Shown: positions 16,304 to 26,633, counted from the stretch's first letter. The stretch: DNA of 30,394 nt from Candidatus Omnitrophota bacterium (GCA_020354945.1 CP070655.1:570417-600810); one strand, 5' to 3'. The notes: generated by a model from the sequence alone, not told the origin. Numbers and translations are program-made.

Positions 16304-18979
16304 ATGACTCATGAGCAGATAAGAAAAGAATTTTTAAAATTTTTCAAAAGCAAGAAACACACCATAGTGGCTAGCGATTCCCTGGTTCCTGCGGGAGACC
16401 CCACAGTGCTCTTTACCAGTGCCGGGATGAATCAATTCAAGGAGCAGTTTTTAGGCAATATAAAAGAATTTAGCAGAGCAGCTTCTTGCCAGAAGTGCCT
16501 GCGCACAGATGACCTTGTGAATGTAGGGATAACATCATATCATCATACCTTCTTTGAGATGCTTGGAAATTTTTCTTTTGGCGACTATTTTAAAGAAGAG
16601 GCGATAAAATGGGCATGGGAGTTTCTAAGTAAAAACTTAAAACTAAAAACTCAAAACTTATGGGTTTCAGTATACGAAGAAGATAAACAGGCCTACGATA
16701 TATGGAAGGATAAAATAAAGATATCGAAATGCAGAATTGTAAAACTTGGCGATAAAGAAAATTTCTGGCCGTCTGAAGCAAAGAAAAGAGGGCCAAACGG
16801 CCCTTGCGGTCCTTGTTCTGAGATCTTTTATGATTATGGGCCGGATTCAGGTTGCGGAAGACCGGAGTGCGCTCCAGGATGCGATTGCGGAAGATTTGTC
16901 GAAGTATGGAATTTAGTATTTACACAATTTAACAGAAAAGATGGCGGCGTTTTAGAACCTTTATCAAATAAAAATATAGACACAGGCATGGGCCTTGAAA
17001 GACTGTGCGCTGTTATGCAAAGAGTTAAGAATAATTTTGGAACCGACCTCTTTAAGCCGGTTATCGAAGCTATTAAACGCGAGATAACAAATATCATTAA
17101 TAAACCGCTTGAGTTTGATAAACATAAAAAGGATATCCATGCAATAGCTGACCATGTAAGGGCAGTAAGTTTTGCAATTTGCGACGGCATTGTCCCTTCA
17201 AATGAGGAACGGGGATATGTAATAAGAAATCTTATAAGAAAATCGGCTTTGCACGGGAGAAATTTAGGCGTAGAGAAACCATTTTTATACAAGTTGGTAT
17301 CATCGGTTGCAAATGTTATGCAGGGGCCTTATCCAGAGTTGAAGAAAAGGCGAGAAGATATAAGTCAGGTTATAAAGGCCTCCGAGGAAAAGTTTATCTC
17401 TACTCTAAAAGAGGGCACCAGGATCTTAGAGGATGAGATAGAAAGGCTTAAAGAAGAGAAAATCTTTAAAATCCCCGGAAAGTTTGTTTTTAAACTTTTT
17501 GATACCCATGGTTTCCCTTTTGATTTAACTAAAGATTTAGCGAAAGTTTGCGGATTTAAAATAGATGAAGTTGGATTTAAACAACTTATGGCAAAACAGC
17601 GTGAACAATCGCGCAGAAAAAGTATAATGGCTTCCGCTATATTTAAAGAACCTATAGCCAGAGAAAAGGTTAAATTCCTCGGTTATGAAAAATTAAAAAC
17701 TAAAGCCAATGTAATAAAGATATTTAAGGATGAGGATGAAGTAAAGCAGCTTGAACGAGGTGAAACTGGCGATGTAATTCTTGATAAATCCCCTTTTTAT
17801 GGAGAATCCGGCGGACAGCTCGGCGATACCGGAATATTAAGCTCAAAGAAGCTTTTAGCCATGGTCCTGGATGCAAAAAGGGAAGCAGATGCCATATTGC
17901 TTAAGACAAAAGTAGAAAAAGGTAAATTAAAACAGGCTGATTTGGTGGTTGCTCAAGTAGATGGAGAAAGGAGATCGGCTATAGCAAAGAATCATACTGC
18001 AACCCATCTTTTACAAGGCGCTTTGCGTAAGGTATTAGGCGAACATGTTCAACAGCAGGGTTCTTTAGTAGCGCCGGATAGGTTAAGATTCGATTTTACC
18101 CATTTTAAAGCTTTAAGCCAGTACGAACTTGATAGAGTTGAGCAATTGGTAAATGAGAAGATAAGGCAGGCAGATTCTATCCACTGCAATGTTATGGATT
18201 TTGATAACGCTAAAGAAAAAGGCGCACTCGCCTTTTTCGGAGATAAATATGATAAATAAGCGCGGGTGGTTTCTGCCGGAGACTATAGCATGGAGCTATG
18301 CGGAGGTACTCATATTGAAAATACCAAAGATATTAGAATGTTTAAGATAATATCCGAAGGGTCTGTAGCCAGCGGGATAAGAAGAATAGAAGCTGTTACC
18401 GATAAAGCAGCAATTGATATAATTAATCAGCAGCAAGCAGCCCTTAAAGATATATACGCGATTTTAAAATGTAAACCTCAGGATGCTGCCAATAAACTTA
18501 AGACATTGATTTCAGATTTTGATAGATTGGGAAAGAAACTAAGGCAGGCTGCATTAAAAGAGGCAAGGCGCTCTGTAGAAACTCTTATAAAGGAAGCTGA
18601 AAAGATAAACGGGATATTTTTTATTTTTTCAAAATTAGAGGGAGCGGATCCTGCGCTTTTACGAAATGCCATTGATGTTATAAGAGAAAAGTTAAAAGAT
18701 AAAGACTGGATAGCAATGTTAATCTCTGTATATGATAAGCAAGCATATCTTATCCTTGCTATGAGTACGGATATGGTAAAGAAAGGTTTCAACTCAGGTA
18801 CATTAATATCTAAGATAGCCTCAGCAGCCGGTTGTTCCGGCGGAGGTAAACCTGACATGGCGCAAGGTGGAATTAAAGATATATCTGACCTTAAAAGTAT
18901 GCTCGATAAAGGTAAAAAGATTATTTTAAAGGAACTGGGGACGTCTTCCAAGGTGCCACCCTCCAGCACAAAAACATGA
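16304..18979 (+). CDS. alaS: Alanine--tRNA ligase interrupted by one in-frame TAA (18257-18259)
   Basis: Motifs HHTFFEMLGNFSFGDYFK, IDTGMGLER, HTATHLL, ELCGGTH and GGGK. The two ORFs share a frame and read GDKYDK*ARVV across the stop. Confidence 0.93.
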
Positions 18980-19000
18980 AAGTTTCGAGGAGTTAAAGAA

Positions 19001-20221
19001 GTGAAGTTAATAAAAACATCGGGTAAAGAATTTAGCAGGCTTTATAACAGAAATTATACCTGTAGCAGAAAAATAGCCAACAAAGTCTCCAGAATAATCG
19101 ATGATATAAAGCGAGAAGGCGATAAAGCATTGATACGCTATACCAGGAAATTTGATAAGGTTAAACTTAAACCCAAGCAGCTTAAGGTTTCGGGCAGGGA
19201 AGTAAACGGCGCCTATCAGGACGTAGACCCTGCGTTTGTTAATAATCTAAAGGTGGTTATAGAAAACGTAACCAAATTTTATAAAAGGCAGCTTAAGAAA
19301 TCGTGGAGGATAAAAGATAAAGAAGGCGTTATTTTAGGAGAGGCAATAAAGCCTATAGAATCTGTTGGTATATACGTTCCTTCAGGGACAGCCCCGCTTA
19401 TATCAACAGTATATATGACCGTGCTTCCTGCAAAAGTAGCTGGGGTAGAAAGGGTTATTCTGGTAAGCCCCCCGAATAAATATCAGACTATCAATGGCCA
19501 CATTTTAGCGGTGGCCAATTTACTTGGTGTTAAAGAGATTTACAAAGCAGGAGGAGCTCAGGCAATTGCCGCATTGGCATTTGGCACCAGGACAATACCT
19601 AAGGTAGATAAGATTGTCGGCCCTGGAAATCAATATGTTACTGAGGCCAAACGGCAAGTATTTGGTTATGTTGATATTGACATGCTAGCCGGCCCCAGCG
19701 AAGTGGTTATTATTGCTAGCCGGGATGCTGACCCAAAGCTTGTAGCAGCAGATATGACTGCTCAATCAGAGCACATCGGAGGATTATCTATTCTGATTGC
19801 AACATCAAAATCTATGGTCAAGGTTATGAAGGAATTTTCCGGTAAAGGTTATATTATAAAGGTAAAAAATTTGGATGAGGCAATAGATATAGCCAATCGC
19901 ATAGCACCGGAACATTTACAATTAATGGTGAGAAATCCGGGGAAAATCTTAAAGAAGATAAAGAATGCAGGCGCAGTATTCCTGGGCCAGTATTCACCTG
20001 CAGTGATAGGAGATTATGTTGCAGGGCCGAGCCATGTTTTACCTACTGGTGGCACGGCCAGGTTTTTCTCAGGGCTTGGCATTTGGGATTTTTTAAAAGG
20101 CTCACATGTAATCTCTTATTCTAAGAAGGCCTTAGAGAATACCATCAAAGACGTAGAAAGGATAGCCGCTTTAGAGGAATTGCCTAAGCATATCGAATCG
20201 GTGAAGGAGAGGTTTAAATGA
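19001..20221 (+). CDS. hisD: Histidinol dehydrogenase
   Basis: Motifs GGAQAIAALAFGT, GPGNQYV, AGPSE, APEHL and GPSHVLPT. GTG start with a GAGGAG SD. Confidence 0.95.
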   Translation: MKLIKTSGKEFSRLYNRNYTCSRKIANKVSRIIDDIKREGDKALIRYTRKFDKVKLKPKQLKVSGREVNGAYQDVDPAFVNNLKVVIENVTKFYKRQLKKSWRIKDKEGVILGEAIKPIESVGIYVPSGTAPLISTVYMTVLPAKVAGVERVILVSPPNKYQTINGHILAVANLLGVKEIYKAGGAQAIAALAFGTRTIPKVDKIVGPGNQYVTEAKRQVFGYVDIDMLAGPSEVVIIASRDADPKLVAADMTAQSEHIGGLSILIATSKSMVKVMKEFSGKGYIIKVKNLDEAIDIANRIAPEHLQLMVRNPGKILKKIKNAGAVFLGQYSPAVIGDYVAGPSHVLPTGGTARFFSGLGIWDFLKGSHVISYSKKALENTIKDVERIAALEELPKHIESVKERFK

Positions 20222-20823
20222 GAAAGGCGAAGGTTAGGAGAAAGACTAAAGAGACTGATATTTCTGTTGAATTGAACATAGACGGGAAAGGAAAGACAAA
20301 GATAAAGACCGGGATAGGTTTTTTGACTCATATGCTTGAACTATTCACTTACCACGGCTTATTCGATTTAAAACTCGCCGTTAAAAAGAGCGATTTAGAC
20401 GTTGATATACATCACACTAATGAAGATATAGGCCTTTGCCTTGGTGGAGCTTTCAAAAAAGCCTTAGGCGCGAAGAAGGGCATAAATAGATTTGGCTCAA
20501 GCTTCATTCCAATGGATGAAGCCCTGGCAAAAGTAAGAGTGGTGCTGGATATATCCGGAAGGTCATCTTTACATTTTAAGACACACAGAGCCGCTCCCTC
20601 TGCTACAGAGCGTAGAACATATGACATACAGTCTGCGAAACATTTTTTTAATGCTTTTTCTATTGCAAGCGGGATTAATTTGCATATAGATACATTAAAA
20701 GGTGAAGATTTACATCATATACTAGAGGCTGTTTTCAAAGCATTTGGCAGGGCTTTATGTGAAGCGGTTAGAATCCAACCACGCCGAAGAGGTGAAACAC
20801 CGTCAACTAAAGGAAGGCTGTAA
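20218..20823 (+). CDS. hisB: Imidazoleglycerol-phosphate dehydratase
   Basis: Motifs RKTKETDI, DIHHTNED, PMDEA and HHILEAVFKAFGRAL. Confidence 0.95.
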   Translation: MRKAKVRRKTKETDISVELNIDGKGKTKIKTGIGFLTHMLELFTYHGLFDLKLAVKKSDLDVDIHHTNEDIGLCLGGAFKKALGAKKGINRFGSSFIPMDEALAKVRVVLDISGRSSLHFKTHRAAPSATERRTYDIQSAKHFFNAFSIASGINLHIDTLKGEDLHHILEAVFKAFGRALCEAVRIQPRRRGETPSTKGRL

Positions 20824-20856
20824 AGGGACGCTTCAGAAACGTCCTTAGACTTAGAC
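20823..20856. repeat. Second copy of the GGGACGTTTC-N-GAAACGTCCC palindrome, followed by TTAGAC twice
   Basis: AAGGGACGCTTCAGAAACGTCCTTA. Its reverse complement matches 5046-5070 at 22/25. Confidence 0.8.
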
Positions 20857-21585
20857 ATGATAATACTGCCGGCTATAGATATACGAATGGGAAAAGTTGT
20901 CCGTTTGCTTCAAGGTGATTTTACAAAAGAGACTGTCTATTCAGGCGACCCTGTTAATGTTGCAAAAAGATTGGAAAGAGACGGCGCCAGAATGTTACAT
21001 GTAGTTGACCTTGACGGGGCATTTTTAGGAAAACTTAAGAATTTGCCCATTATCAGAGAAATAACCTCGTCCATAAAAATTCCTATTGAATTAGGAGGGG
21101 GGTTGCGAACTGAGGGCGAAGTTGAGCAGGTTCTATCTTGTGGTGTGAAAAGAGTGGTTATAGGCACTAGGGCATATGCAGACGAAAGTTTTCTAAAAAA
21201 ACTTATCAAAAAATACGCTGATGTAGTTGTAGTAAGTATCGATGCCGCCAGAGGCGAAATTATCTCTGAAGGGTGGAAGAGGCAAACTTCTATCAAAGCG
21301 AAGGAACTTATACAAAGAGTTAATGATATCGGCATAAAAACCATTATCTATACAGATATATTAAAAGACGGGACAATGGAAGGCCCTAATTTAAATATAA
21401 TAGAAGATGTACTGAACCGTGCATCTTGTAATGTTATTATTTCAGGCGGCATTTCTTCTCTGGATGATATTAAGTCCATAAAGGCGTTAAACAGGAGAAA
21501 TCTTTTAGGCATAATTGTTGGCAAGGCCTTGTACGAAGGAAAATTTACTTTACAGGAAGCGAATGAAATAGCGGGGGAGGAGTAA
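20857..21585 (+). CDS. hisA: ProFAR isomerase HisA
   Basis: Motifs [27 protein letters not shown] and TDILKDG. Confidence 0.95.
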   Translation: MIILPAIDIRMGKVVRLLQGDFTKETVYSGDPVNVAKRLERDGARMLHVVDLDGAFLGKLKNLPIIREITSSIKIPIELGGGLRTEGEVEQVLSCGVKRVVIGTRAYADESFLKKLIKKYADVVVVSIDAARGEIISEGWKRQTSIKAKELIQRVNDIGIKTIIYTDILKDGTMEGPNLNIIEDVLNRASCNVIISGGISSLDDIKSIKALNRRNLLGIIVGKALYEGKFTLQEANEIAGEE

Positions 21586-21974
21586 TGAGCTGGATGGATA
21601 GATTAAAATATGATGAAAAAGGACTTATTCCAGTTGTCATACAAGATTATTGGACAAGAACAGTATTAATGGTTGCGTATATGAACAGGGAAGCATTGGA
21701 GAAGACCATAGATACCAAAAGAACATATTTTTATTCTCGCTCCAGAGGCGGATTATGGCCTAAAGGAAAAACATCCGGTTTTACTCAATCTGTAAAAGGC
21801 ATATATGTTGATTGCGACTCTGATTGTCTACTCATAAAAGTGGCCCAAAGAGTCGGTGCCTGCCATAATGGATACAGAAGCTGTTTTTATAGAAGAGTTT
21901 CAGAAGAGACTATTAAAACAGTGGGCAGGAAGGTGTTTGACCCGGAGAAGGTGTATAGGAAAGTAAAAAATTAA
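21585..21974 (+). CDS. hisI: Phosphoribosyl-AMP cyclohydrolase (monofunctional)
   Basis: Motifs SRSR.LWPKG.TSG, DCDSD and [10 protein letters not shown]. No HisE domain. Confidence 0.95.
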   Translation: MSWMDRLKYDEKGLIPVVIQDYWTRTVLMVAYMNREALEKTIDTKRTYFYSRSRGGLWPKGKTSGFTQSVKGIYVDCDSDCLLIKVAQRVGACHNGYRSCFYRRVSEETIKTVGRKVFDPEKVYRKVKN

Positions 21975-22046
21975 AAGTGAAAAATTAAAAATTTTAAATT
22001 TTGAACTGTAATTTTACATTTTGCATTTTTAATTTTAAATTTTAAA
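21960..22046. repeat. AT-rich inverted heptamer array
   Basis: AAAAGTG and AAAAATT units, followed by TTTTGAA, TTTTACA, TTTTGCA, TTTTTAA and TTTTAAA units. Confidence 0.8.
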
Positions 22047-22047
22047 G

Positions 22048-23529
22048 ATGTATTTACCGAGTAAAAAAGAATTTATAAAGAAAACTAATAAGGCAAATCT
22101 GATACCTGTACATAAAGAAATTTTTGCAGATTTCATCACCCCATTATTAGCCTATAAAAGAATAAGAAGTAAAAATTCTTTCCTGTTTGAATCCGTTGAA
22201 GGAGAAGAAAGAATAGCCAGGTATTCTTTCTTAGGGAGCGATCCATCTGTTGTCATTTTTATAAAGAAAAATAAAGTTACCATCAGGGGTAAATCTAGAA
22301 ATGAAACACTATATTGTGATGACCCTTTTGATTATATAAAAAAATTTATGAGTAATTTTAAAACCACAAAGGTTAAAGGATTGCCCCGTTTTTACGGAGG
22401 CCTGGTAGGTTATATAGGTTATGATTGTATTAGATATTTTGAGGATATTCCAGATACCTGTTGCGACGACCTCAAATTATATGATTCCATCTTGATGCTA
22501 ACAGACACCATATTAATATTTGACCATATAACCCACAAGATAAAGGTTGTTTCCAATGCACATATACAATCAAAATTAAAGAATGATTTAATAAAACAGT
22601 ATAATAAAGCTGTTAAGCGAATAGATTCCATAATCGATAAATTAAACAAATCCACAAATGAATCTATTCCCGAGATTAAATATGAACAGAAGCCCTCGGG
22701 AGTAAAATCCAATTTTAAAAAGGGCGATTTTAAAAAAATTTTAAGTAAGGCTAAAGATTACATTAAAAAAGGAGATATAATCCAGGTGGTCATTTCTCAA
22801 AGATTTAAAGCCAGATTTAACAAAGACCCCTTGAATGCATACATGGCATTACGTTCTATAAACCCGTCGCCATATATGTTTTACCTTTCTTTCGGGAGCT
22901 TGAAACTCATCGGTTCTTCACCGGAAATTATGGTAAGGTCTGAACAAGGTATTGTTAGAATAAGGCCTATTGCCGGAACACGCAAAAGGGGCAAAGATGA
23001 ACAGGAGGACAATTTACTAATAATAGATTTGCTTTCCGATTCGAAAGAGAGGGCTGAGCATCTGATGCTCGTTGATTTAGCAAGAAATGACCTTGGAAGA
23101 GCATGCAAAACAGGCACAATAAAAATTGGTGAATTTATGGTTATAGAAAAATATTCCCATGTTATGCATATTGTCAGCGATTGTGCCGGGACTCTTGAAA
23201 AAGGAAAAGACTCATTCGATGTTCTGCGGGCATCTTTTCCAGCAGGCACAGTAACCGGCGCCCCTAAAATCAGAGCTATGGAAATAATAGATGAGTTGGA
23301 AAATATCAGAAGGGGTCCGTATGCAGGTTGTGTCGGATATTTTTCTTTTTCGGGGAATATGGATACATGTATAACCATAAGGACGATTATAATAAAGAAT
23401 AACACAGCATATGTCCAGGCCGGCGCTGGTATTGTTGCAGACTCAGTGCCTGAGAATGAATATAAGGAGACTCAAAACAAGGCAGCGGCTATGCTAAAAG
23501 CCATAGCATCAGCAAGGAGCGTCCAATGA
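22048..23529 (+). CDS. trpE: Anthranilate synthase component I
   Basis: Motifs FLFESVE, NPSPYMF, PIAGT, EHLMLVDLARND and TVTGAPK. Confidence 0.95.
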   Translation: MYLPSKKEFIKKTNKANLIPVHKEIFADFITPLLAYKRIRSKNSFLFESVEGEERIARYSFLGSDPSVVIFIKKNKVTIRGKSRNETLYCDDPFDYIKKFMSNFKTTKVKGLPRFYGGLVGYIGYDCIRYFEDIPDTCCDDLKLYDSILMLTDTILIFDHITHKIKVVSNAHIQSKLKNDLIKQYNKAVKRIDSIIDKLNKSTNESIPEIKYEQKPSGVKSNFKKGDFKKILSKAKDYIKKGDIIQVVISQRFKARFNKDPLNAYMALRSINPSPYMFYLSFGSLKLIGSSPEIMVRSEQGIVRIRPIAGTRKRGKDEQEDNLLIIDLLSDSKERAEHLMLVDLARNDLGRACKTGTIKIGEFMVIEKYSHVMHIVSDCAGTLEKGKDSFDVLRASFPAGTVTGAPKIRAMEIIDELENIRRGPYAGCVGYFSFSGNMDTCITIRTIIIKNNTAYVQAGAGIVADSVPENEYKETQNKAAAMLKAIASARSVQ

Positions 23530-24095
23530 TATTGCTAATTGATAATTACGATTCCTTTACATATAACCTGGTTCAGTATTTAGGAGAATTGCACCAAAAG
23601 ATAAAAGTTTACAGAAACGATAAGATTGACATAGATACGATTAAAAAACTTAAGCCTGATTACATTGTTATCTCACCCGGTCCTGGCAGGCCAAAAGATG
23701 CTGGAATATCGAATGATGTAATTGCCAGTTTTAAAGGTAAAATACCCATTTTAGGCGTTTGTTTAGGGCATCAGTGTATAGCAGAAGTTTTTGGTGGAAA
23801 GATAACGGCTGCCAAAAGACTGATGCATGGCAAGACCTCTTTTATTTACCATAATGGAAAGACGATATTTAGAAATGTAAAAAATCCCTTTGAAGCCACA
23901 AGATATCATTCCCTTATCGTAGAGAAAAAGAATTTGCCGGATTGTTTTAATGTGATTGCCCAAACTAAACAGAAAGAAACAATGTCTATAAAACATAGAA
24001 AGCATTCGGTGTGGGGCGTGCAGTTTCATCCAGAATCGATATTGACCAAAGAAGGAAAACATATATTGGGAAACTTTCTTGAGCTAAGTAAGTAG
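23526..24095 (+). CDS. trpG: Anthranilate synthase component II (glutamine amidotransferase)
   Basis: Motifs IDNYDSFTYN, SPGPG, GVCLGHQ and QFHPES. Confidence 0.93.
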   Translation: MILLIDNYDSFTYNLVQYLGELHQKIKVYRNDKIDIDTIKKLKPDYIVISPGPGRPKDAGISNDVIASFKGKIPILGVCLGHQCIAEVFGGKITAAKRLMHGKTSFIYHNGKTIFRNVKNPFEATRYHSLIVEKKNLPDCFNVIAQTKQKETMSIKHRKHSVWGVQFHPESILTKEGKHILGNFLELSK

Positions 24096-24109
24096 TTCGT
24101 AGTTCGTAG
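24092..24109. repeat. AGTTCGT heptamer (2 units) over the trpG stop
   Basis: GTAGTTCGTAGTTCGTAG, the same unit as at 3557. Confidence 0.65.
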
Positions 24110-24134
24110 ACTGGCGGTGAAGGAGAAGCGATAA

Positions 24135-25181
24135 ATGATAAAAGAAGCAATTATGAAAATAGCGGAGAAAAAAGATTTAACTCAACAAGAGATGACCCAG
24201 GCCTTTGAAGAGATAATGAGCGGTATGGCAGAACCTACCCAGATAAGCGCATTTATTACTGGTTTACGCTTAAAAGGAGAAACGGTTGACGAGATTACAG
24301 CCGGAGCCAAGGTAATGCGCAAATTTGCTGCCAGGATTGATGTGAGAGGCTCTGTAGACATAGACCGTGACGAGATAAATATAGAAGGGGAGACTATTGT
24401 TGATACCTGCGGGACAGGAGGCAGTGGCACAAATACTTTTAATATATCTACAACGGTTTCCTTTGTAGTGGCGGGTTGCGGAATAAAGGTTGCCAAACAC
24501 GGCAACCGATCAGCTTCCAGCCGGTGTGGCAGTGCGGATGTGTTGGAAGAGATGGGTATAAACTTAAATCTTACCCCTGAGCAAGTTGAGAAATGCACCA
24601 AAACTATAGGTATAGGATTTATGTTTGCGCCGTTATTTCATAGTGCTATGAAATATGCAGTGCCTGTTAGAAAGGCTATAGGCATTAGAACCATATTTAA
24701 TATCCTTGGCCCTTTGTCAAATCCGGCCAATGCCACTTGCCAGGTATTAGGGGTATATGATAGGAATCTTACAAAGGTTATGGCCCGGGTTTTAAATAAT
24801 CTCGGAGTAAAACGGGCCTTTGTTGTTCATGGGCTGGATACCTTGGATGAGATTTCTATAACAGGCCCTACCCAGGTTTCAGAACTAAAAAATAAAAGAG
24901 TAAGAACATATATCATAACGCCGGAGAAACACGGCTTTAAAAGGGCCCCATTAAAAGCTATAAAGGGTGGCAATGCCCAGGAAAATGCCAGGGCTGTGCT
25001 GCTGGTTCTGGAAGGAGAAAAAGGGCCTAAGAGGGATGTGGTTTTGTTAAATGCGGGCTATGCAATTTATGCTGCTTCTGGTGCAAAGACTATAAAAGGA
25101 GCGATTAAAAGAGCGGAAGAATCTATAGATTCAGGGGCAGCTCTTGAAAAACTGAACCAGTTGAAGGAGTTTAGTAGATGA
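24135..25181 (+). CDS. trpD: Anthranilate phosphoribosyltransferase
   Basis: Motifs DTCGTGG, FNIST, KHGNRS and GSADVLE. Confidence 0.97.
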   Translation: MIKEAIMKIAEKKDLTQQEMTQAFEEIMSGMAEPTQISAFITGLRLKGETVDEITAGAKVMRKFAARIDVRGSVDIDRDEINIEGETIVDTCGTGGSGTNTFNISTTVSFVVAGCGIKVAKHGNRSASSRCGSADVLEEMGINLNLTPEQVEKCTKTIGIGFMFAPLFHSAMKYAVPVRKAIGIRTIFNILGPLSNPANATCQVLGVYDRNLTKVMARVLNNLGVKRAFVVHGLDTLDEISITGPTQVSELKNKRVRTYIITPEKHGFKRAPLKAIKGGNAQENARAVLLVLEGEKGPKRDVVLLNAGYAIYAASGAKTIKGAIKRAEESIDSGAALEKLNQLKEFSR

Positions 25182-25954
25182 TAGCCCAGATAATAGAAGA
25201 AAAGGAAAAGGCTATTGCAAAAGCCAAGGAGAAATTACCACAGGATGAGCTTATAGGAAAGCTTAAGCAAACTCAAGGCACAAGGCGCGACTTCAAATAC
25301 GCAATATCCAGGTGTGGTGATATAAATCTTATAGGCGAGATAAAAAAGGCCTCTCCTAGCCGGGGCATTATACGCAAAGACTTTGATCCAGCAGAGATTG
25401 CTAAAATATATCAGGTAAACGGCATAAGTGCTATTTCAGTACTTACAGAAGAGAAATATTTTTCAGGCTCTCTTGATTATATAAATAAGATTAAGAAAAT
25501 ATGCACTCTACCTATATTAAGAAAAGATTTTATTGTAGATGAATATCAAATATATGAATCTTTTTATTATGGGGCCGATGCCATCCTTCTTATAGCCGAT
25601 ATTCTCTCTGTGGAGCAGCTCATAAAATTTAAAGATATAGCTTTATCTTTTAATATGGATTCTTTAGCAGAAGCGCATAGCGAAGAAGACCTGGATAAAA
25701 TTATAAAAGCTGGAGCAGAATTGATAGGGATAAATAACAGGGACCTACATACTTTTAAGTTGAATTTAAAGACAGCCGAAAACCTTATCGGCTTAATCCC
25801 CAAAGGCAAAATAATAGTTATTGAGAGCGGCATAAAGTCAAACTCAGATTTGATGTTCTTTAAAAGCTTGGGCGCTAATGCGGTATTAGCCGGTGAAGTG
25901 TTTATGGATGCCGAAGATATCGGTGCAAAGGTAAAAGAGTTGCTGGGAAAATAA
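25178..25954 (+). CDS. trpC: Indole-3-glycerol phosphate synthase
   Basis: Motifs EIKKASPSRG, SVLTE, LRKDFI, GINNRDL and ESGI. Confidence 0.97.
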   Translation: MIAQIIEEKEKAIAKAKEKLPQDELIGKLKQTQGTRRDFKYAISRCGDINLIGEIKKASPSRGIIRKDFDPAEIAKIYQVNGISAISVLTEEKYFSGSLDYINKIKKICTLPILRKDFIVDEYQIYESFYYGADAILLIADILSVEQLIKFKDIALSFNMDSLAEAHSEEDLDKIIKAGAELIGINNRDLHTFKLNLKTAENLIGLIPKGKIIVIESGIKSNSDLMFFKSLGANAVLAGEVFMDAEDIGAKVKELLGK

Positions 25955-26571
25955 TGATAAAGGTGAAGATTTGCGGGATAACCAATTTCGAAGATGCCCA
26001 GACATCTGTTTTGGCTGGATGTGATATGCTGGGATTTGTATTTTATGAAAAAAGCCCAAGATATATAAGGCCGGATAGAGCAGGAGATATTATATCCAGC
26101 TTACCCGGGGGGGTCGAGAAAGTGGCACTGTTTGTCAATGAACAGAAAGAGACTGTTACCGATATTCTCAACCAGATTAAGGAAATAGACATTTTGCAGT
26201 TTCATGGTGATGAAACACCGGATTATTGCAACGCTTTCAATAAAAGGATAATTAAGGCTATAAGGGTGAAAAATAAAGATTCCATAAAACAGATGGCTTC
26301 CTATGATGTAAATTTTTTCTTGCTCGACGCTTTTAAAAAAGATGTATATGGCGGCACAGGTGAAAATTTTGAATGGAAACTTGCCAAGGATGCCAAGGCA
26401 TACAATGTGCCAATAATTTTATCAGGCGGGCTTAATCCTGAAAATGTAAAAGAGGCCATAGAATTGGTCGAACCATATGCAGTGGATGTCTCAAGCGGCG
26501 TAGAGATTTCACCGGGAAGAAAAGATCCAGAATTAATTAAGAAGTTTATAGAACAGGCGAAAACATTGTAG
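25954..26571 (+). CDS. trpF: Phosphoribosylanthranilate isomerase
   Basis: Motifs VKICGIT, SPRY, QFHGDE, GGTG and DVSSGVE. Confidence 0.97.
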   Translation: MIKVKICGITNFEDAQTSVLAGCDMLGFVFYEKSPRYIRPDRAGDIISSLPGGVEKVALFVNEQKETVTDILNQIKEIDILQFHGDETPDYCNAFNKRIIKAIRVKNKDSIKQMASYDVNFFLLDAFKKDVYGGTGENFEWKLAKDAKAYNVPIILSGGLNPENVKEAIELVEPYAVDVSSGVEISPGRKDPELIKKFIEQAKTL

Positions 26572-26576
26572 CCCTC

Positions 26577-26622
26577 TCACGAAATTTCGTGATTCGGTGC
26601 AAAATTTTCTTTGAAAATTTTG
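26577..26622. repeat. Two adjacent palindromes upstream of htpX
   Basis: TCACGAAATTTCGTGA (perfect, 16 bp) and CAAAATTTTC-TTT-GAAAATTTTG, which abuts the GGAGG SD. Confidence 0.75.
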
Positions 26623-26633
26623 GAGGCGCAAAA

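Noticed and set aside
18257-18259. Genome-wide stop-codon reassignment
   Set aside because: TAA, TAG and TGA all end genes at the expected positions elsewhere in the window.
21975-22047. trp attenuator or T-box upstream of trpE
   Set aside because: There is no Trp-codon leader peptide or T-box motif, and the spacer is fully explained by the heptamer array.
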